Below are positions 26,501 through 53,833 of a stretch of 64,000 bases of DNA, in pieces. The position numbers were made by a program, and so were the translations under genes. Origin of the DNA: Scyliorhinus canicula. Taxonomy: Eukaryota. Location: contig NC_052149.1 of NCBI RefSeq assembly GCF_902713615.1, forward strand, positions 87,933,519 to 87,997,518, read 5' to 3'. Positions within the stretch are counted from its first letter, which is position 1, and the number at the start of each line of letters is the position of its first letter. The notes under the pieces were generated by a model. That model worked only from the letters and a program-made list of their open reading frames with translations. It was not told where the DNA came from and searched no databases.

Positions 26501-27275
26501 CAGGGTGCGGAAGAGTGGATTTTTTCCGGGAGTGGAGGATAAGTATGAGTGTTGTTCTCGGTGGTTGGCCAATCATACACATATGTTCTGGTCATGTCCT
26601 AAACTTGTAAGCTTTTCTGTCTCCTTATTCAACACTATTTAAGGGATTCTTGGGATTGAACTGGAGCCTTGCCTGCTGGTGGCCATTTTTGGGGTCTTGG
26701 ATTTGTCATTGCAGACAGGGGGTGAAAGCGGATGTTCCCGCCTTGGCATCATTAATAGCTCGGAGGCGAGTTCTGCTTCAGTGGAGCACTCCGGTTCGCC
26801 CAGTGTTTCGTCCTGGTTGAGTGACCTTGTTTTTTTTTCCTAATGAAGGGGTAATTTTGAAGGGGTAATTTAGTGCGGCCAATCCACCGCCCCTGCACAC
26901 CTTTGGGTTATGGGGGTGAGACCCACGCAGACACGGGGAGAATGTGCAAACTCCACACGGACAGTGACCTGCGGCAGCAATGCTATCCACTGTGCCGCCT
27001 CTGGTTGAGTGACCTTATAGAGATTTTGTACTTATGGAAGATCACGTACTTCATGAGAAGTTTGGCAGAAGGGTTCTACTTCATTTCATATTTCAGGGAG
27101 TTAGTCACCGTCAATTGTTAGGGATGGGGGGGGGGGGGGGGATCTTCTGGTTACAATTTGTTTTCTTTTTTGTGGGTGGGGCAGAAAGGGAGGATAAGTT
27201 TAGAATTGTATTTGTTCTGTGCTTTGGTTTTACTGTATTATAATGAAAAATTCCCTCAATAAAAATATTTTAAAA
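23560..27275 (+). mobile_element. Heavily decayed, internally deleted L1-clade LINE with nested SINEs (~24440-24780 -, ~25481-25698 +, ~26850-26998 -)
   Basis: MQTGKAPGLDGFSIKFYKKF, QASISLILKKDKDP, GAEKTFDRVEW, SLCARLSLIQ, HMFWSCPKL; aataaaaatatttt end. Confidence 0.8.
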
Positions 27276-27329
27276 GAATAAAAAGCATATATATATAAAT
27301 ATAAAAACTTCTAAATTTGAAATGACTCG

Positions 27330-27933
27330 GACATGCTGCCGGGTCAGGAGGGGCACCACTGCTAGTCATGATGGGCAGGGGGGGTGCGGTGGTCAGTCAG
27401 TGCCGGTAGGAACATGACAAGACACTGTGCGGCCCAGTGAAGATCGCTGTTCTTTTTAGGGCACTGGTGCCGGTCTTCCTGGTGACGCTCCCCGAGCTGA
27501 AGGCTGCTGCCCCCCCCCCCCCCCCCCCCCCAACAGGTGACACTGGCTGCACTGTGGCTGACCCTCCAAGCCCCTCGGGGGAGCAGGGTGTCCGGTCTGG
27601 ACTCACCCATGTCCGAAATTCTGCCCAGGTTGGCATGCCCGAATCGTGGGGCGGATCTCCTCAATGGCATGGCTGCATGTTGTGTGGATTGTACTCTGCA
27701 GGATCTGTTTAATTGCTGCTCCCCCTTGTTAGCAGGGAACCGACAGGCATGGTCCCGGCCTCGGTGAATCAGTCGACAGGTCAATCATTTGCTGCGTGAA
27801 GCCTGTGGGGCCATGTTAAGTGGACCAATTAACGTTTGATACCAGTGACAACCTCGCCGGGTCGACGGTCTGAAAGCTCACGACAGTTCCTGCTCGCTAC
27901 CAAACGTAGAAAGTTTTCCGTTAAATCGTGCCC
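27330..27933 (-). mobile_element. PIF/Harbinger transposon fragment (terminus plus degenerate Myb/SANT-like ORF)
   Basis: Terminus gggcacgatttaacgg on minus strand; remnant MPLRRSAPRFGHANLGRI.. resembles the N-terminus of Harbinger Myb-like proteins. Confidence 0.5.
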
Positions 27934-28676
27934 TATATGTCTGAAAAGCTTCCCACCAAACTCTTTAAATTAGTCTCGAGAGTCCTGAAGTTCACCTGAA
28001 ACTGTGTATGCAATTCTAAAGCTGATATGACAGTTTAATTTAACAATCTCAAAAATTAAAGTTCACTTTTGAGAGTGATTAATTTTTAAAATTGGAAACA
28101 CTGGTCAATCTTAGTAAACATGTTGTATGTGTAGAGAGCTCATGTGAATGAGGTTTAAACAATATCACATTTTAATTTCAAGATTTCTCCCCTCCTGTGG
28201 TAGGGTTCTGTGGAGAGTTCATGTCAGCAGTTATTTTAGGGTGCATCGAAGGCAAGCCTGATCAGCCATTCACAGGTACACACTTTCCGCCGGGTATTAC
28301 TACAAAGTTATATGATGGACAGAGATTGATTTTTTTTCACTTTCTTGTCCAGAAATATTGCAGCCAATTAAATAGCCCCTACTATTGTCCTATCTTAGAT
28401 CAGTTAAATCAGCATGGACTTGGGGTCTTCCTCTTTTGCATGGTTCAGTAGCACATTGTCTGGTACAGTTAATCATTGAGCCATTGGACAGCCTACGTCA
28501 TTAAACATTTTAAATTAGAAACCATCAACCAGTTTCTATACTGTATCTAAGGCAGGAACCCAAGGCAATTGAAGTTAAAACAATCACAATCAAATTGAAA
28601 TGTTAGTATTATGTTTCTTGGCCTGTCAATTACTCTTTCCCAGGGTATGAGGCTATGGAAACACTCACCTGGCAAG

Positions 28677-43510
<14,834 letters not shown>

Positions 43511-44140
43511 TTACTTGATTGTTAGAACTATCAAATGATCAACAAAAAGATTTTTTGTCTGCAAAATATAAATACCGTCATAGTGTTTCAGTTCAGTAAG
43601 AGATGACATTACATTCAGACCACTATAAAACTTTTCAACACAAACCATGGGAATATTTTTGTTAGAAAATATCCAACATGATATGTATAAAAAAAAAAAC
43701 AAAAGCATCACAAACTTTTACACAAAAAATATCCATTAAATAAAATCCCAGATGGGTTTATTTTTTAACATATTGTTCCCATGCTGTGCACAAGTTTTTT
43801 TTAAAGCTGTTCGGGAGGTCTTTATATATGGATTACATTGCTGATATCCTGGTATCATTTTAAATTAAGTACTCTCGTACCATAGTTACAATGCAACACA
43901 ATACGTGAGGATAATTTTCAGTATTGGCTCCCCAATGATGATTAAGGTTCAACTATATACTGTACTGACTAAAAAAGTCATGGTTCTAACCCTGGGTGGT
44001 GTTGAGTTAACCAATCTCAGTTGGGGAGCAGAGGATAGCTATAATTGACTTCAACACTGCCAGTTTTGGGAAAGGTTTCCCTCCTTTGATCCTTAAACCA
44101 GTGACCCTTGCTAGAAGTGCTGTGTGAGATACAAGATGAG

Positions 44141-44293
44141 GACAAGATACAACTCGCTGTGATGCCTTCACTGTCCAATAGCCTGCCAACAGACAAGATA
44201 CAACTCGCTGTGATGCCTTCACTGTCCAATAGCCTGCCAACAGACAAGATACAACTCGCTGTGATGCCTTCACTGTCCAATAGTCTGCCAACA
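44141..44293. repeat. Tandem repeat, 3 x 51 bp
   Basis: Unit gacaagatacaactcgctgtgatgccttcactgtccaatagcctgccaaca; only one mismatch among the copies. Confidence 0.95.
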
Positions 44294-44600
44294 GCTCCTG
44301 TCCAGGATCACACAAGGAGCAGCCACTTGGATAAATAATAAGTGCAAGTTGAAACAGTGGAATGGTACTTTGGCAAAGGAGTAAATGCCCTCATGAGTGC
44401 AAAGAAAATTGACAAAAATATTAAACTGAAGAAGCCGCAGGATCTGTCTAATCTTGGCTGAATAATTCTCCTGGACTCTTTGGAAGCCTTCGCCCTGGCT
44501 TGTGCTACAGCAATGGCAGAATGATTTTTGAATCTCAAAGCATGGACTAGATTTTTATGAGCAAAAAAATGTTAGGAAATAAAACTGAGTCTTGTAAAGC

Positions 44601-44898
44601 ACAGTAACATAGTGGTTAGCACTATAGCTTCGTAGCGCCAGGGTCTCAGGTTCGATTCCTGGCTTGGGTCACTGTCTGTGCGGAGTCTGCACGTTCTCCC
44701 CGTGTCAACATGGGTTTCCTCCGGGTGTTCCGGTTTCCTCCCACAAGTCCCAAAAGACGTGCTATTAGGTATTTTGGACATTCTGAATTCTCCCTCGGTG
44801 TACCCAAGCAGGTGCCGGAATGTGGCGTCCAGGGGCTTTTCACAGTAACTTCATTGCAGTGTTAATGTAAGCCTACTTGTGACAATAAAGATTATTAT
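44601..44898 (+). mobile_element. V-SINE, third tail type
   Basis: tRNA head, V domain, tail ending gacaataaagattatta. Confidence 0.85.
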
Positions 44899-45399
44899 AA
44901 AACCAGTTAACTTCACGTGGTCTAGATTGTTCATAGGAAATTCGTGTGGCTGAAAACCGCCTGTGTTACGTTGCTTACAGTACAGGACATATCCTTTAAC
45001 GATGTGCAATTATGAATGCCAAGAAGGCTTGATTTGAAGGTTAGGATTTTAACCCATTTGTTGAACTACTGGAGGCGTTACCACAGTCAGCAGTGATGAT
45101 GAAGCAACTTTACTAGTCTAAGCAATAGAAAATGGCCTTTTTGCACAACTGCGGGATCCCAACCCTCCTCGTTGCCGGGTTCAGTTGTTTCACATTATCT
45201 CTGGGACAGACTGACCCCTGGGGAATTATTCATCGCCAATCTGTACACCAGGATGGTGTAGTGGGACAGCTGCTGAGGGTACCGGGTTTGGGGGGGGGGG
45301 GGGGGGGGTTTACCATGGTGATTATTAACCCCACCCGCTTTATTACCATGGGAAGGGTCAGTTGCGCTCCGTTGGCATGGAGACAGGCCTAGGCTAGGC

Positions 45400-45907
45400 C
45401 TCCCTGCCCCTCTGGTTGAAGGCCCGCACCTCCGGGTAGCAGCCTGTGTTTACATCGCCACGTTAGATCCGGGTTGGGGGCTAGATCCGGGTTGGGGGCT
45501 AGGGCCGGATTGGGAGCCACAGCGTACGACCCTTCTTAAAGGGATTGTCACACCCCCGTAGACTTTTAATATGCCGACAGATAAAATGTCGGACCTTGCC
45601 CGGGACCGGCCGCACCGACTGGGATCCCACAACTTACTGATCCGGTTAATTTCTTACTTTGACCAACGGCAGCGTTAAAGCTGACAACGCAACTGTCTCT
45701 CCCCCCAGTCTCGTTTACTCACAGGTTATATTTGGAACTGCAGTCGAAACATTTCCGTTCTCTGCATCCAATGAATTCCAGTGTTCACCTCTTTAATATT
45801 TGGGATCCCACCCAACTCTCCCGCCCACTACGCTGCCACGGAAATGATGTTGGTTCTGTTTGGGTTTATTGCACACAGAGCAGAGCGAGAAGGAGTCCTC
45901 TGCTGAC
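45400..45907. promoter_or_regulatory. CpG-rich bidirectional promoter of YIPF1/DIO1 with candidate non-coding YIPF1 exon 1
   Basis: High CpG density; minus-strand donor TCA|GTAAGT (exon end 45638); CCAAT 45768-45772; GC box ccgccc 45821-45826; DIO1 ATG 270 bp from the YIPF1 donor. Confidence 0.65.
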
Positions 45908-46234
45908 ATGGCGAAATTAGCTGCGTATGTGAAGGCCCTGATCATAATCGTCTTTGTTTGTGTGCAAACAGTAATAGGCAAAATTATGCTCCTCCTCTTT
46001 CCTGAAATTGTGAAGTTAGTGCTAAAATCTGGGTTGAAAACCACCCTGACACAAAATCCAAAGTTCAAATATGAAGACTGGGGACTAACATTCTTCAGTT
46101 TGCGCTTTGTGAAGGCGGTGGCTCGGAACCTAATCATGAATTGTGCAGATGAAGCGTTTAAGGGCTCGCCTGCTCCAACACACGATTTGTTGATTTGGAG
46201 AATAAAGAACATAAAGTACTTGATTTTGTGAAAG
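45908..46234 (+). CDS. DIO1: DIO1 exon 1 (TM anchor; -1 frameshift near 46177)
   Basis: MAKLAAYVKALIIIVFVCVQTVIGKIMLLLFPE..TQNPKFKYEDWGLTFFS..DEAFKGSPAP; adding one base restores PNTRFVDLENKEHKVLDFVK and the phase-1 donor AAG|GTATGT. Confidence 0.9.
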
Positions 46235-46809
46235 GTATGTACGAATTAACGAAGATACGTGATAACAGTGGGAACTCTTCTGACAACCTGCTTAAAATTA
46301 AGGAAAGCAAATCCAGTTTTGTGTGTGTGACATAAATACTTTTTTAAAATTTAGAGTACCCAATTCATTTTTCGAATTAAGGGACAATTTAGTGTCCGCT
46401 GCACCACCGTGCTGCCCCCAACATAAACACTTTATGTGGCACCGTAGCATAGTGCTAGCACTGGTACTTGACTACGCCAGGGTCCAAGGTTCAATTCCTG
46501 GCTTGGGTCACTGACTGCGGAGTCTGCACGTTCTCCCTGTATCTGCGTGGGTTTCCTCCCGCTGCTCCGGTTTCCTCCCACAAGTCCCAAAAGACGTGCT
46601 GTTAGGTAATTTGGACATTCTGAATTCTCCGTTTTATCCAAACAGGTGCTGGAATGTAGCATCTAGGGGCTTTTCATAGTAACTTCATTGCAGTGTTAAT
46701 GTAAGCCTACATGTGACAATAAAAGATTATAATAGATTATTATGTAAGTGTGCCTCTCCCTAACTTCTGTATGTTATGTAACAAAGTGCACTTGCTCTTG
46801 AAGAATGTT

Positions 46810-47665
46810 GGGCGTGATTTACTGGCCTCGTGAGACTCGCAAAGCTTCAGATGTCTCAAGAAAGTCAACCAAACCTCGTGAAAAGCCGCGATCTGGATCT
46901 CGCCCTCTCATATTTAATGGCTCTATTAAATATATCTGTGCCCGATTCTCCTGGCCCCTGGGACTTAACGGCCATGCCTGGGAGACCTCGCCAGGGTACG
47001 ATTTAGCACTGGTTTCCACAAAGGTGGATCAGGCGTAACAACACCTGGGAGTGGTCTCCCGGGCTATTGGAGGCCACAGGGTGGTTGGGCTCTGGACAGA
47101 GTGGTACCCTGGCACTCCTGGCACACAGCTTGCCACTGCCATCTGGGCACCCTGGAAGTACCACTCTGGCTGCTTTGGGTGGCACCAGCAGTGCCAAGGT
47201 TGCCTTTGCCAGGGGTCAGCCCATGATACCTTGCCCGTAAAAGTGGGGTGAGTGGAGGAGGCTCGAGGACCCCAGAAGAGATAAGATGGCACCCTAATCC
47301 ATGAGTTATCTTCATAGAATCATAGAATTTACAGTGCAGATGAAGGCCATTTGGCCCAGCGAGTCTGCACCGGCCCTTGAAGCACCCCACTTAAGCCCAC
47401 GCCTCCACCCTATCCCCGGTAACCCAACTTAACCTTTTTGGACACTAAGGGCAATTTAGCATGGCCAATTCTTCTGCACTGATGAGCTCAGCTCACCAAT
47501 GCAGGAAATTATGTAAGTGCGACCTCCATAGGGTGTTCCTCATCGCGACCAAATAAAATGGCGAAGTGTCGTTGAATAATAGGGTCTTTCTCGCCGCTGT
47601 TTTCTTCTGGTTGAAGTGCACCCATTATCTCCAATCACTGTAATGTAATCTGGGCAATTACGCCC
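46810..47665. mobile_element. Harbinger-like non-autonomous element with nested SINE fragment (~47313-47470)
   Basis: Short TIRs gggcgtgatt / aattacgccc; GC-rich interior. Confidence 0.55.
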
Positions 47666-48309
47666 ACCATCAGGGAGTAACACTTAGCTCAATGCCAGAA
47701 AAATGCAGGCTATCAAACATGCAATACTAGATGAGGGTGGTATCATACCTAACATTGCGCATATTCTGATGGCCAATTTTGTGTAAGGCTGCATTAAGCC
47801 GTGCGTGGACCTGGGTGCATAAACAAAGTGTCACTACATGCTGAAGTTTTACCTTTCCCTGATTTTGCAACGGATGGGTCTGGCTTCATTGCTGCAGAAC
47901 GTTCCATTCAGTTTGTCTCTGTTGACCTACCTGTACTCATGGAAAGGTTTATGCAGAAAAACACATTTCATAGAATCATAGCGCAGTGCAGGAAGCCATT
48001 CGGCCCATCGAGTCAGCATCGAGTTATTGGAAATAGCACCCTACTTAAACCCACCCCTCCACCTTATCCCGTAATCTAGTAACCCCACCTAACATTTTGG
48101 ACACTAAGGGGCAATTTAGCTTGGCCAATCCACCTAATCTGCACATCTTTGGATTGTGGGAGGAATGCGGAGCACCCGGAGGAAACCCACACAGACACGG
48201 AGAAAGTGCAAACTCCACAAGTCATCCAAGGCCGGAGTTGAACCCAGGTCCCTGGAGCTGTGAGGTAGCAGTGCTAGCCACCATGCCACACATTTAACCA
48301 TAAACATTG

Positions 48310-48849
48310 TTCTGCATGTAATGCCTTTGAGGCCCTGCAGGAAAAGGAGACGGTGGATCCTGTCAGATGGTTCCCTAAGCAGATTGCCAAAGTCAGTTGG
48401 TAAAATGCCTCATTGCCAAAACTTTCAAACAGGTGCCAAGGCATAGTTTGGTTAATAAGAGGAGCCCTCCCCAGTCAAGTCCTTCCTACACACCTGGAGT
48501 CTCATCTGCACATTGTCCTTGAGGCAGCTGCAATGGGGAAGAAACCATTAACCACTTCCTGGAATATTCCTTGTAAAGCAGGTCTGGAAAAAATATGCAA
48601 CAGATTTTGTTGAGGTTCATCCCAAGTAGCTCTGTAATACACGGCTCTGCGCTGTATGTGCTATTCCGAGAGACACACACCAAGCTAAACATCAACTGCG
48701 GCTGGAGGACCAACAACTTGGTGAAAGACGCTGTTTGGTCTGCCTGAAACCTGATGGTTTTCCAGTACAAAGAGCTGTCAATGACAGAGAGTTGCAGACT
48801 CGCACATTCCAAGGTCCAGGACTACATCCTGAGAAACACTAAAGCTTGG
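48310..48849 (+). mobile_element. Tx1-like LINE 3' fragment interrupted by the Gypsy element (continues ~53402-53435)
   Basis: Remnant LVKDAVWSA*NLMVFQYKELSMTESCRLAHSKVQDYILR; the sequence rejoins across the gatag TSD. Confidence 0.6.
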
Positions 48850-48854
48850 GATAG

Positions 48855-51800
48855 TGTTATAACCTGCCTGCTTACCACTGGCTGGGGATTTATGGCAATC
48901 CCACAATCCTTTGGTAGTATGATCTTCCCAATGAGGGGGGCGGAGAAATCATTAGCAGATTAACGCTTGCCAGTTTGGAACCAGCTAGAGAAGAGTGAGC
49001 AGCAAGGGAGTTGTTGCTGCTGTTGTGTATATGTATATATATATGTTATTGTAAATAAATGTTATTTCTTTCTATCCTTCAACTTGTGCTGGATTCTTCA
49101 TGGCCCTTACAAAACTGGCGATGAGGGTTAAAGTGGATAGCTGTCTACGCTGCTGAAGCCACCTCCCTGGATTTTTGTTGGACAAAGGTTGTAAGTTGTT
49201 TTTCTGTTACGCCATGTCTCTCTATGGACGTTTGGATGCTGCGCTGGAAAGTTGGAACCAGTACACACAATGGTTGCGTTACTATTTCTGGGCAAACAAC
49301 ATCACCGAAAACGAGCGCCAGGTGGTCATTTTGCTCACCGCCTGCGGCCCCCATACGTTTGAGGTGATTAGGAGCCTTACGTACCCAGCTGCACTGGACA
49401 CCAAGGCGTTTGATGAACTTGTGAACTTATTGGGGCAACATTTTAACCCAACCCTGTCCACGATAGTCCAGCGTTACCGGTTTAATACTGCTGAGAGGAC
49501 CCCAGGAGAATCCCTTGCAGAGTTTCTATCCAGGCTACGCAAGATTGCGGAGTACTGTGAGACCTTGTCAGAAATGTTACACGACCGTTTGGTTTGCAGT
49601 ATTAACAATGCGGCCACCCAGAGAAAGATGTTAGCCGAGCCAACATTGACTTTTCAACAGGCCATTCAAATAGTTGTCCCGAGAGAGTGCAGAACGGGGA
49701 ATGCAGGAGCTACAGGGAATGGAGGTGCATGCCTTGGGGCGCAACCCCTTCCGTCCGAAAGCGTCCCCCTGCACCCCTGCGATACATTGGGCGAAGCGAC
49801 GTCCGGGTCGACGCCAGTGGCCGTTGGACATTCCTCCCCGAAGGGAGCCCTCTCCAGAACTAATGGATGAGGAGCCATGTCCACGTCGGACGTGTGGGCA
49901 CCGACCCCGTCACGGATGCCGGTCCTGGGGGCGCCAGAGGCGCCGTCGTTACAACAGAAACTGGAGCCAGCCCAGGGGCCGTACCTTCCATTTGGATGAA
50001 CCTGCGGCGAATACTCGCGAGGACGTGGAGACAGAGGACGACTGCCTGCAGCTGCATTGTGTGGCAGCTCCCCGTGTGGCCCCCATTAAGGTGACACTAT
50101 GGGTCAATGGTCACCTGCTTGAGATGGAGTTGGACACTGGCGCAGCGGTCTCCGTGATCGCCCAGAGGACATTCGACCGCATCAAGCAGGGTATACAGAC
50201 CCTTACATTAACCGACACACAGGCCAAGTTGGCCAACAACACGGGGGGAACCATTGGACATTGCAGGAACTACGATGACCCCTGTTGTTTATGGATGCCA
50301 GGAGGGGTGATTCCCATTTATCGTGGTGCGCGGTCACGGGCCCAGCCTATTGGGTCGGGACTGGTTGCGCCATTTGTAGCTGCAGTGGCAGCACATCCTC
50401 CAAACAGGTTCTGGAGGGTTGAATGAGGTGCTAGGACGGTACCTAGATGTATTCCAGCCCGGTTTGGGGAAAATAAAAGGGGCTGTAGCACGTATCCAAG
50501 TTGAACCAGGAGCCACGGCGCGCTATTTCTGGGCACGCTCGGTACCTTACGCCTTGCTCGAGAAGGAGACATTGGGTATGATATGGCCCGTCCGTTTCGC
50601 TGACTGGGCAGCACCAATTGTACCTGTAATGAAGCCAGATGCCACAGTTTGCTTGTGCGGCGACTAAATTTACAGTCAGTACAGCTTCCCGGCTCGACCG
50701 ATATCCATGCCTTGCATAGAGGATCTCTACGCGAAGCTTGCAGGCGGACTCATGTTCACGAAATTAGATATGAGTCACGCCTACCTACAGTTGGAGCTGG
50801 ACCCTGCCTCCCGGCCATATGTAACTATTAATACAAACCGGGGCCTGTATGAATATACACGGTTGCCCTTTGGGGTATCCTCGCCTGAGCTATTTTTCAA
50901 TGCGTCATGGAGGGCATCTTGAGAGGTTTACCGTGTGTCGCTGTCTACTTAGACAAATTTTTGATTACAGGGACGTGAGAGCCCCGACTGACACTTCGCA
51001 TCTTTGTTCTTTTCTCGGCCTCATAAACTATTACGGGAAGTTCCTCCCCAATCTGGTAACTACACTGGCCCTGCTGCACCTTCTGCTAAAGAAGAATCAC
51101 ATCTGGGATTGGGGTCAGCCGCAAGAAACCGCTTTCCGGCGGGTAAAACAACAATTGTTGTTGTCTGGGTTACTAACCCACTATGATCCTGGCAAGCCTT
51201 TGCTCATCAGGTGTGATGCATCCCATATGGTATTGGGACCGTCCTGTCCCACAAGGTGGAGAACGGGGCCGAGCAGCCGATAGATTTCGCCTCCCGCACA
51301 TTGACTGCAGCGGAAAAGAAGTACGCGCAGATAGAGAAGGAAGACCTGGCCGTGGTCTTTGCGGTGAAACGCTTCCACCAGTATGTATATGGCCGCCACT
51401 TCACTACTGTGACTGATCATAAGCCTCTGCTGGGACTTTTCCGAGAGGATAAGCCAATACCGCCCATTGCTTCCCCACGGATCCAGCGCTGGGCTTTGGT
51501 GTTCGCTGCCTACGAGTATTCTCTGGAGCACAAACCAGGAACCCAGATAGCGAATGTCGACGCAATGAGCCGATTGCCTTTATCGACCGGCCCCACCCCA
51601 CGACTGCTGAGGTGGTTGCAATCCTAAATTTTATGAACTCCTTGCCTGTCACAGCATCACAGATCCGTGAGTGGACCCAGACGGAGCCTTTCCTGTCAAA
51701 GGTTCGGCACATAGTCCTGTATGGTGAGCAGCAAAGACAGCTCCCAGGCGAGTTGCGGGCATTTTCCTCCACGCTGTCAGAATTTAGCGTGGAAGACGGT

Positions 51801-53396
51801 ATCCTCTTGTGGGGGACGCGTGTGGTTGTCCCGGAAAAAGGACAGGAGCAGATACTAAGGGACTTGCACAATGGGCATCCCGGTGTGACCAAAATGGAAA
51901 TGTTGGCCCGGAGTTGTGTCTGGTGGCCAGGCCTCGACACCGACATTGAGAAGGTGGCCCAAAACTGCTCCATTTGCCAGGAGCATCAGAAGCTTCCGCC
52001 GGCTGTGCCCCTACATCACTGAATGGCCAGGGCGGCCTTGGGCGCGCTTGCATGCGGATTTTGCCAGCCCTTTTCAAGGATCCATGTTCCTTCTATTAAT
52101 CGATGACCAGTCTAAATGTTTAGAGGTGCATAAGATGGGAGGCACAACGTCCTGCGCAACAATCGTGAAGATGCATTTGTCTTTCAGTACGCATGGCCTC
52201 CCCAAGGTGCTGGTCACAGACAATGGCACTCCGTGCACAAGTGAGGAGTTTGCGAGGTTCATGAAGATGAACGGCATACGCCATATCTGCACTGCTCCAT
52301 ACCACCCGGCTTCCAATGGGTTGGCGGAGCGCGCAGTGCAGACATTCAAACAAGGCCAAAAGAAGCAGTCTTCTGGGTCTATGGTCATGATACTGGCTTG
52401 TTTTTTTATTTCATATAGGATCACTCCACATGCGGTGACTGGGGTAGCTCCCGCGGAACTCCTATTGGGCCGGAGACTTTGTACCCGCCTTAGCATGGTT
52501 TTCTCGGATATTGGCATAAAAGTACGCTGCACTCAAGAACGGCAGGGACATGGTTTTTCTCGGCATCGGCCAATTCGGCAGTTTGCGCCCGTTGACCCAG
52601 TGTTCGTTCGAAATTTTGCTGGTGGTGCCCAGTGGGTCCCTGGCGTAATCTTTCGCCAAACGGGCCCTATCTCTTACCAGGTGCAAGTCCAGGGTCATCT
52701 CCAGCGCAAGCATATAGACCACGTTCGGTCCAGGAGACCATCTCTTCCAAAGCTTCCCTGCCCCCGGAGCTCATTTCTACAGCCACAGAGACAAGACACA
52801 GTGGAAAGTATTCCTCACAATCTTCCGCTGGTGCCGCACTCAAAGCCTGCGCAGGTCGTTGCAGAACCGTGTGGAGATAGAGACGCTGAGATGACAGAGG
52901 CAGCCGACTCCGAGATGGAGACACAGGACGCCTCAGAGGGGGAGTCCTCAGGCCCACCGGCCGTGGATGTACAACCGTTACGCTGTTCATCATGGAAGCG
53001 CCGTTCTCCATCTCGTTACACGCCGCCAGAGCCAGCGCCTTGTGCAAATGGTGTCTGGCCTGGGGCAAAATGAGTCTGACGCCCTCCTTCGCCAGGGTCT
53101 TTGGTGGATTCCTTGGACTTTGTGGGGGGGGGGGAGGGATGTTATAACCTGCCTGCATACCACTGGCTGCGGACTAATGGCAATCCCACAATCCTTTGGG
53201 AATATGAGCTTCCCCAAATGAGGGGGGCGGAGAAATCATTAGCAGATTCCCTGCATAATTAAAGCTGGCCAGTTTGAAACCAGCTAGAGAGGAGTGAGCA
53301 GCAAGGGAGTTGCTGCTGTGTGTGAGAGTGATATAATATAATGTTATTTCTTTCTATCCTTCAACTCGTGCTGGATTCTTCGTGGCCCTCACAAAA
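48855..53396 (+). mobile_element. Gypsy/Ty3 (Mag-like) LTR retrotransposon, complete structure, decayed ORFs
   Basis: LTRs 48855-49114 and 53140-53396; 5-bp TSD gatag (48850-48854, 53397-53401); PBS tggcgatgagg at 49116; PPT 53124-53139. gag from ATG 49214; protease LDTGAAVS; RT WAAPIVPV/KLDMSHAYLQ/RLPFG; RNase H CDAS/TDHKPL; integrase HNGH..C..C and D,D,E in Gypsy order. Confidence 0.95.
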
Positions 53397-53438
53397 GATA
53401 GCTGCTACAAAAGCGCAATGGGAAAATGCCACTTTAAG

Positions 53439-53471
<33 letters not shown>

Positions 53472-53833
53472 GGGATGGGACAATTGGGCGCGGCCGTTTG
53501 GACGCAGCCGTTTGGGCGCCATGGGACAATTGGGCGCAGCCAATTTGGCGCGGCCGTTTGGGCGCAGACGACAGAAATTCTTTTAGTTTTTGTGGCTAGT
53601 AACTTGTTGCAAATTGTTGCAAGTAAATTTAAAAACCTTAAATTAGTTCATTTAGTTTAGTTCATTTGGTGATTATGAGCAAGGCTCCTCAAGTACTCAA
53701 ATTTTCAAATTTAAGAACACTTTCATGTATTCTTTTATCTTTATTGTAAATTAAAAACCTTAAATTAGTTCATTTAGTTAAAAACCTTAAATTAGTTCAT
53801 TTAGTTAAAAACTAAAGTTAAAAAACCTTTAGT

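Noticed and set aside
28225-28265. Degenerate duplicate of the YIPF1 last coding exon (gcttgccttcgatgcaccc)
   Set aside because: Similarity is too short, the acceptor is weak and there is an immediate stop; probably chance.
44141-44293. CRISPR-like array or repeat protein (DKIQLAVMPSLSNSLPT)x3
   Set aside because: Head-to-tail units with no unique spacers, in a eukaryotic intron; the ORFs exist only because 51 is a multiple of 3.
45860-45907. ORF-track start of DIO1 at 45860
   Set aside because: TTG start; the first in-frame ATG with good context (gacATGG) is at 45908.
53441-53469. Long poly-G/C tracts (here and at many other sites) as functional G-quadruplex elements
   Set aside because: Mostly within retroelements, and homopolymer lengths are unreliable in assemblies; this tract also prevents calling the MULE TSD.
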